A stretch of DNA of 61,121 nt, counting the filler. It is 14 parts of 14 records of this genome, joined end to end, with 100 filler letters (N's around TTAATTAATTAA, not from the genome) between each part and the next. Parts side by side here need not be neighbours in the genome. Positions count along the whole stretch, not along the records: positions 53,889 to 56,888 come from SRR15195285_2829; positions 56,989 to 61,121 come from SRR15195285_2840; 12 more parts are not named here. One strand, given 5' to 3'. A program made the position numbers and the translations under genes. The notes beneath the pieces are model-generated. The model was not told the DNA's origin and searched no databases. It worked only from the letters and a program-made list of their open reading frames with translations. This document shows positions 53,891-61,121 of the stretch, piece by piece. Numbering within the stretch: the stretch's first letter is position 1; each line of letters starts with the position of its first letter.

Positions 53891-56888
53891 TTGCCCCGTG
53901 CGATGGAGGGAACGCCCGTCCACCACGGCAGTGAGTCTGTGCCTGCAGAGCGGAAGCAGCGAATGGACTCCCTTGGCGTGACAATGTGTGTCGTTCGGGC
54001 AAAAATTCGCTTCGTGCATGGGCTGCATCGGCACCAATCCAAGAGAATCAACCTTTACCTATCCCTGTTCTCACTAGTCCTGCTCATTGGTATTTGCTTG
54101 ATGAGTCTAACGATGCGAGACGCCGGCCTCAATGCCATCCTCACGCAGCTATCTCACATTGGCACTGTCGGAATCAAGGCGATGGCCGTGGAAGTAGAAG
54201 GGTTCTTGTCAGACCAGAGCACGGCTGCGTTGGCTGTTCGTGCTACCATTCAACGTGGTGACATTGCGTTGAGCGCTGGGTACTCAGTAGCTGACGAGTA
54301 TCTGCTGGCTATAGTGGACGCGTTCGAGCTGTCGAGCGTCTCGGTTGTGGTTCCAGCGATGGGAACGCTCGCAGCAACAAAAGACAGGGCAGGCGACGCC
54401 TGGATCTCGTACAGTGACATGCAGACTGGATGCACAAAATCTTGGAGTACACGGGGCTTACGGCGCTCTCGGGATATGAGTACAGAGTCTACATCAGCGA
54501 CGTGTGACTTTGTGGTGCCACAGGCCTTATCCGATATGAGCGATGATCTCTCTTGGCTGGCTACAAGCTACTCGCGCAGCAAAAGCACTTGCACCTCTCA
54601 CATATGTGGAGAAACTATGCGTGGAGAACCAGTCATTGGCGCTGCAAGCAGCCTGATGGACAGCACTGGCTCGAATGTCGCCATTGTCGTTGCGGAGCGA
54701 AGCACTGAGTCGATGAACTCTAGGCTGGATGCGATCCTGGCTGATAGTTTTGACAGCCAAAGGAGCAGTGTGAGTCCTCACATTTGGATCATGGATGTTG
54801 CCACCGGGACCATTCTGGCCAGCACGAATCCACAGATCGCTACAGATCTGGTAGCTGGAGCCGTTGTTCAGTTGAAAAGCCATCCAGCGATGCATGTTGC
54901 AAGGGATGCGCTGTTTGTCCAGAACGGAACTTATGTGGCATCGGCAGCACTGCCTCACTTGCCAGAAACTCCAGAAGCAACTCTGGGCTTCATTGATTGG
55001 TTTTTGTTTTTTGGCTTTTTCAAACATCCCCAGAAGTCCTTGATTAAATGTTCAGACTTGTCGCAGCCCGTTGCAGATCGACCAGAGGGTTGGGTACTGT
55101 GCCTCCAGGTAGACCATGATTACTGGTTGTCTCTGATTTTCCCGACGGCCTGCAGTACTGTTGGCGTTGCGGTGCTGCATCTGAGTCTCCTTGTTGCTTC
55201 GTCAAATGCGGCAAATCGCCGTTCTGCCTCGCAGCAGAAGATCCAGTTTCTGTGCATTCTATCCGCGCTTGTGTCCATCTTCGTTCTCTGGGACATGTTC
55301 ACGCGTAAAGACATCATGGTCCTGATAGATGATTTGGTAGAGCATGCCATCGCTACGGTCGCCAGAAAGACGAGTATACTTTTGACTGTCCCCGAGAAAG
55401 CGCTAGCTCTCCTACATGCTCATCGTAACCTGGGCACACTTATTCAGGGCAACACAAGTGTTGCTGAAGTTCAGCAAGGTGATGCCCTATACTTGGATGT
55501 GCTGCGTCTATATCCAGAGCTCTACATGGCTTACTCGGGAATAAGCTATGCCACATCGGATCATGATATCTGCAGTTTGAACTGCTACTGCGACCGAGCC
55601 AACGACCGGAGCGAGTGTTGCCTCGCGTTGCCAGCGACAGGACACTCCAGCTACCACTGTGCTGGTTTGGCGGACGATCGGTACGCTTTTTTTCACGGAG
55701 CGAAAAGGTATTCACCTGGCGATCAGCTGGACCACTTCGAAGTGACCGCTCGCGATCTGTGGGCCCTTGACAAAGATGACAGGATGCTTCGTAGAGACTA
55801 CGCCGCCAGAATGTGGCAGCGTGGGGTCAACAGTGGCCGTAGTCGCGACTTCGATACAGTCAAAGGCGACCGTTACTACAATCCCGTCGCAAGGTCTTGG
55901 TTCTCAGATGCGCTCGAAAGTCGAGGATGGAGCTCTATCTACTTGTTCTCCACCCCACATCCTACCACTGGTGAAAGACCTCTTGGTATCTCAGCAATGC
56001 TCACGTCGGTGGCATCGCAGGATGACCATGATGCGTCAGTGCCGAGTGGCGCTTCGTCTGACAAACGCGTTGCGGTCGATGCTGTTGACTTCACATTACA
56101 GGGGATAGGCTCATTTTTGTCTACGATTGAATTTTCTCCTGCTTCCGAGCTTGAGGGCGTGGCTGTCCAGGCGGACGGTGTTATATTCATCATGGAGTTG
56201 GACGGCAAACTGATCGGTACCTCTGATCAGGCAGCATCGACCATCTCATACTACGAAGGAGCTGCACAACAGCGTGTCTCGTGTCCATCGGATTCAAGTG
56301 ATACTGGGAGCTGCACGACGTCTGGAAGTGGAGAGCATCTTGTCTCACCAATCATCAGACTGGCCCACAGAGAGTTGCTCGTTCGTTTTGGGACCCTACA
56401 TGAGCTGATTCGCAGTGGCGCCAACGAGACCTTTTTTGTTGGACACGGCCATGAGGAAGGCCCCTTGGCTGTAAGGACGGTACTCATCGAAAGCAGCGAC
56501 AGAGGAGTGCAATGGCTCTTATGCGTTGCGCTAAAGAGTGACTCTCTGCTGCGACCGTTTTCGGACGCATATTCAACGGCTCTCATGACAGCTCTATCGT
56601 TTATGCTGGTCCTGATCCTGATGTTCAAGGGTCTCTCGCTGGTCGATGCTAACGACATCGTGGATCGTCGCTGGCCACAGGTGTGGCACAAGTGCCGACG
56701 CCCCCGACGCTCGACTGAGGCCAGAGATTCGTCTGGCCTGCTCGAGTTTGATGATTGTGTCTCTCCACCTCGAGACCTTGGTGGATTCTGTGAGACGAGG
56801 CGCCAGCAGCTGTTGGTTGACATTGAGGTGGCAGGCCTGCTAGCAACGTGCAAGAGGAAGGAGGAGGAGGAGGATGAGGAGGAGGAGG
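53891..56888 (+). CDS. Membrane sensor fragment with two tandem TM-Cache-like-TM modules (open at both ends)
   Basis: TM pairs flank two extracellular regions. The second has YNPVARSWF, WSSIYLFS, LGISA, AVDFTLQGIGSFL and GVIFIMELDGKLIGTS (dCache-like). The first has the matching WLATSY, VIGAA and HIWIMDVATGTILAST. Confidence 0.7.
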
Positions 56889-56988
56889 NNNNNNNNNNNN
56901 NNNNNNNNNNNNNNNNNNNNNNNNNNNNNNNNTTAATTAATTAANNNNNNNNNNNNNNNNNNNNNNNNNNNNNNNNNNNNNNNNNNNN

Positions 56989-57400
56989 TGGCCGAAGAGC
57001 TCTTGGGACGCCTTCGATTCATCCATCACGGGCGTTTGCACTTCCTTGTAACCAGGGTCGCGGTGCCAACCAGCATCTGCCCACCCGTAGTCCTGAAGAC
57101 TCAGCCAGCAGCAGCGCGACATATAAGTTAGCGTAATGAGCTGGCTGCCGTACGCACTATAGTACAGGTATGCACAACAAACAGCGTGAGTGTGGGCACA
57201 TGCGCACGCAGCTCGCAGGCGGCCACATGCTCTAATGCAGCGATAGGCCCATGCATGCAGTAGAGAAAGCGCGCCCACACGTCGGCAAGGATGGCGATGA
57301 TGTGTGGCTTGGTCACAGGTGCTGTATGCTGAGACGAGGCAGCGGGGAGGAGCCACGCTGTAGCGGCAGCAGCGAGAGCTATCGCCATCGCCATCGTCAT
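56989..57400 (-). CDS. Arylsulfatase-B-like sulfatase, 5' fragment
   Basis: Signal peptide, then KPHIIAILAD|DYGWADAGWH...TPVMD across intron 57093-57280. Truncated at the contig edge. Confidence 0.8.
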
Positions 57401-57730
57401 CGAAGCACGCGCAGCCCGCGCGGCCGCACGCGTGGCCTGGTGCCGGCCGCGCGTGGCGCGCGCGCGTGCCCCGCGCGCGCGAGGGGCGGCGCGCGCGAGA
57501 GGCAGGGCGGTGAGTCGATTGAGGCAGGGGATCCTACCTCTGCGCTCAGCGAGTCTGCCGCCGGCGGCGCCGTCTGCCTACCGCGTGGTGGCGACGCGTG
57601 CGCGCGCCGCGCTGGCGCCGCCGCGGCGCGTTGCCGGTCCCGGCGCGGTCGCGTCATGAGCTCGATGGCATCCGCTCCACCTCGAGCTAGAGTATAGAGC
57701 GCACCTGCGCAGGCACACAGGACCACCACA

Positions 57731-59480
57731 ATGGGCGGGCGCGCAGGTCGGCCGCCATGTGTGTGCGCCGGGCGGAGTGCGGTGAGCAAGGTGTGCTGCG
57801 TGCTGTGGTACTTCGCTTTCCCGCTGGTGCTCGTGTGGCACAGCATCCGCATCTACTTCCTCGCGTGCCTCACCGCGTACGCAATCGGAGCGTGCGGCAA
57901 GTTGTGGCTGTGTGTCGGACGCACGTTGTGCTGCTGCTTCAACTGCCGCTGCTTTCGGAAATGTAGCTGCTGTATCTGTCTGCGATACGAGGACGGCGAC
58001 TTTCCTGCGAACGCAAGATCCGTCGGGAAATGGAAAGGACTGGACGAGAAGAGCGTCAATGCGCAGATCGAGTGGCGGCGAGGCGATGAGATCTGCGAGC
58101 TTGATAGCACAGACGATCACGCCAGGCTGTTCTCCGGGGAGATTGAGCCCGCGGATATTGGTCAGGGCCAGCTCGGCGACTGCTGGCTGATGACAGCGCT
58201 GGCGTGCCTGGCGGAGTACCCAGGTGCGATCCAGCGTGTGTTCCTGACCGACGAGTACAACCAGCGTGGGCGGTACGTTCTACAGCTATATTGCGGCGAA
58301 TCCGAGAGCTTCGAAAAGGTCGTGATCGACGATATGATCCCTGTGAACAGCGGTTCAACTACGCCCATTTTCGCGCGACCGAACGGTAAAGAGCTGTGGG
58401 TTGCTCTGCTGGAGAAGGCATTTGCCAAGTTCGTGGGCGACTACAACGCACTCGATGGGGGGTATCCGCTTTGGGGACTGCAAGCCCTGACTGGCGACGA
58501 GGTATCGAAGTGGAAGCTGGAGGGTGGGCGGTGGAGAGGTCTCGAGATTCGGTACAACAAAGACGATGGTGGACGAACCATGGCACGTGAAAAGCGGGAG
58601 ATTGACGTGAAATTCTGTGCGCGCACGGCTGCTAGCGCCACTGTTGCAAACCGCAATGGCGAATGAACAAAAGTTTGACTGTCGCGTTCGATGCCCATTG
58701 CAGACAAAAAAATGGAAGATGGAGTGCAGGTGACACACACTGACGATAAGTTCGTCGATCTGCTTGCGAAGTGGAAAAAGCAGCAGTTTCTAATCTGCGC
58801 CGGGACCTCTGGCACCGACGAAGGCGAGTCCACAGCAACGCAAGGTCTGGTACAAGGCCACGCATACACCATTCAATCGGTAATCAAGGTCGATGGTTTC
58901 AAAATGCTACGGTGCGTGTGGGCGTAGGCTGTCTTGCTGCTACTCTTCATATCGCTGAAAATGATGGCGACCGCATGACGATTGCGTGGCAACTGAGATG
59001 TGCACTGTTTGCTGCATGCACTGTTGCTTTGGTAGGCTGCGGAATCCGTGGGGCAAATTCGAATGGTCAGGTGACTGGTCTGACGGGTCGCCTCTGTGGA
59101 ATCAACACAAAAAAGTCAAGGACAAGTGCAAAGGTGGAGAGGTGATAGGTGCGCTTTGCATCAAGAGCTAGGTTTACTGGCTTGTTTGTCGAAGCTAGTT
59201 TTCCTGACTGAAAGGTCAACCGGTGGCAGATGACGGCTTTTTCTGGATGGAGTGGAACGATTTTGTTCACCATTTCCAAAATATCGATGTCTGCCATCGC
59301 TCGAAGAGCCTGATGGATGTCCGGCTTGACATCCACGAGGACGATGGCTGCAAGGGACCGATCCTGGGATGCGTTGGGGGGTGCTGTAGCTATTATTGCA
59401 TGTGCAAGGGGTGTGTCGCGCTGTGCTGCCCAACAGACCACCAACACGGCAGCAAGAATCAGGTTGTTCCGCAGCCCTGA
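57731..59480 (+). CDS. Calpain-family (peptidase C2, CysPc) cysteine protease with Cys-rich hydrophobic termini; 4 exons
   Basis: Complete triad: QGQLGDCWLM (Cys), GHAYTI (His), LRNPWG (Asn). Also ELWVALLEKAFAK, WSGDWSD and DDGFFWMEW. Introns 58617-58703, 58912-59035, 59149-59229. Start codon uncertain. Confidence 0.9.
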
Positions 59481-59622
59481 TGGTGCGGCGAAACACCCGC
59501 ACGCCGACGGCGGCTTTGTGCTGTACCACCGCCAGTGCTGCGGTGGTTGCTCTTATCAATAAAACATCCTTATTATAGGCGCACAAAAACTACGCTGCAC
59601 CCATAGTCACGGTACTCTCAGC

Positions 59623-60618
59623 TTAGCCCGAGCTGCCCTTTTCGTCCTCGGCAAAACATGCGAGGCCCTTCACCTTCATGAACACTACCCCGCCGATCGC
59701 CCCTAAAACGACGACGACAAGGAGCACCCATACCCAAGCACTCGTATGCGCGCACGGATCTTCCTCGTGGTCGTGATCTCCTCCAAGACGCCGGCGGTGG
59801 TCATGATCATGCTCGTCGCAATCAACTACCTCCTCAGCGTGGTCGTGGTCGTGGTCATCATCTTCCTCTTCTACGCACACTGCTGGATCGAAGCTCGCAT
59901 CGACGGTGTTGCAGAAGTTGTCCTCACACGCCTCCTCGTACGTGTGCACGGCATTCTCAACCTCCACGGGCAAGGCGTCGTGCTCGCAAAGATCGTGGTA
60001 GGCGAGGAGCGTTTTCCAACTGGCGATCGTGGCGGCGTCTGAACATGCTGCAGTTCCCGCCGCGACTGCCGCTGCGATGGCATCTGCGGCGATTTTAGCG
60101 GCATTATTGTCCCCTGTTGCTTCGCACTCGGCCTCGGTGGGCGTAGCGCAGGGTTGCAAATCCGCGTCGTAGGGTCTCTGCACCCCACAAGATGCGCATA
60201 CGTCCTCGTATTGGTGAACGAGATTCTCCTGGGCTTCGGTGAGTGTGTCGTGCGGGCAGGCCCCGTGGACGTAGTAAATGTGGAAGAACGCAGTCTGGCA
60301 CGGCTCGGACCCGTCAGCCTGAACCGCATGGCAGGCCTCCGCCGTAACCGCGCAGCCCTGCAGCGTGGTCACGCTAGCGGCGATCGCGGCGCTTTCCGTG
60401 CAGCTCAGGCTGAACGCGTGCTGGTCGTGGGTCGCATGGCATGCGCAGGACTCCTCTCCGTGGTCGTGGTCGTGGTCGTGGTCCTGCATCGCCCGTGGCG
60501 CCGCGAGCGCGACATTGGCGGTGGCGGCGAGCACGATCCCGACGGTGGCGAGTCCCTTCATCATCATCCTGCCTCCCTTGCTCGCCGTTGGATTTTCGAA
60601 ATTCCTCTCAACGGCCAT
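59623..60618 (-). CDS. His/Asp- and Cys-rich single-pass cell-surface protein, candidate metal (Zn) binding protein
   Basis: Signal/anchor peptide (alternative start ~60567). DHDHDHDH tracts; two copies of Hx(D/G)xCxHDxL....E..VHxYExxC; RRRL; C-terminal TM WVWVLLVVVVLGAIGGVVFM. Confidence 0.78.
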   Translation of the reverse strand: MAVERNFENPTASKGGRMMMKGLATVGIVLAATANVALAAPRAMQDHDHDHDHGEESCACHATHDQHAFSLSCTESAAIAASVTTLQGCAVTAEACHAVQADGSEPCQTAFFHIYYVHGACPHDTLTEAQENLVHQYEDVCASCGVQRPYDADLQPCATPTEAECEATGDNNAAKIAADAIAAAVAAGTAACSDAATIASWKTLLAYHDLCEHDALPVEVENAVHTYEEACEDNFCNTVDASFDPAVCVEEEDDDHDHDHAEEVVDCDEHDHDHRRRLGGDHDHEEDPCAHTSAWVWVLLVVVVLGAIGGVVFMKVKGLACFAEDEKGSSG

Positions 60619-61121
60619 TTTCTACTGGTGAAAAGGTGAAATGCCGAAGACAGCGAAGACAGGCACGAGGCAGGGGGTGGGCTAGCACACGTACCCTGCG
60701 TACCCTGCTGTGTACACCGTGCGTTGTGCGTTGTTGGCAACGCTGCTCCGGCTCCGTCGAGGAGGTGCCGTGGTGCGCATCGCGCCAATGACGGAGCGGC
60801 GACCGACGCACCGCGAGGAGGCGCGCGCGCCCGGGCCGCGTCCTCCGTCACGCGCGCGTCCAGCGAGCGAGCTCCCGAAATTCGGACTTTTGCGGCTCAC
60901 CGCCCGAATTTCTGGCAGAAATTTCTGGCGAAATTCTGCAGTACGTGTATCGGCACGGGCTGAATATGATCAGACACGAGACAGCGGGTTCTTTTCATAG
61001 TTCAGAACGGCATCGAAGCTCAAGAACCCGCTGGTCAGGATCCCGACCAGCCAGCGCGAGCATGACTCATGATCTTTACTCTCTTTAGGGTTGCCCGCTG
61101 GCGATGGTGGCGCTGGGGCGT

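Noticed and set aside
4794-56988. Regularly recurring TTAATTAATTAA as a biological repeat or CRISPR-like array
   Set aside because: Always centred in an identical 100-nt N spacer; it is an artificial six-frame stop linker.
60889-60940. AATTTCTGGC tandem pair and short hairpin upstream of the His-rich gene as a metal-responsive site
   Set aside because: Too short and seen only once; cannot be distinguished from chance.

Overview
This is not a contiguous locus. It is 14 short contigs (about 3-8 kb each) joined by 13 artificial 100-nt spacers (44 N + TTAATTAATTAA + 44 N). The DNA is from a GC-rich unicellular eukaryote, probably a heterotrophic protist from a single-cell or metagenome assembly. 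Genes carry short GT-AG spliceosomal introns (donors GTGCGT/GTGAGT/GTACG, frequent CTGAC branch sites). Recognisable genes: two sulfatases; GH27, GH31 and GH38 glycosidases; two SLC25 carriers; WDR70, NUP93 and a CHERP-like protein; a mucolipin-type channel, a calpain, a PqaA/AprA-family protein and a RING ligase; and several large repeat or receptor-like proteins. The most unusual signals are (1) two ~400-bp fragments of Polinton-like-virus/virophage-type genes punctuated by a recurring TACCACAGTA motif, with an 18-bp direct repeat at both outer ends; (2) a 4.5-kb open frame bounded exactly by a 41-bp inverted repeat; (3) a membrane-anchored, His/Cys-rich candidate metal-scavenging protein; (4) a multi-TM TIR-like/EF-hand protein; and (5) a GH27 with a non-canonical acid/base loop. 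I found no rRNA, tRNA or CRISPR array. All family assignments come from motif recognition, not database searches.
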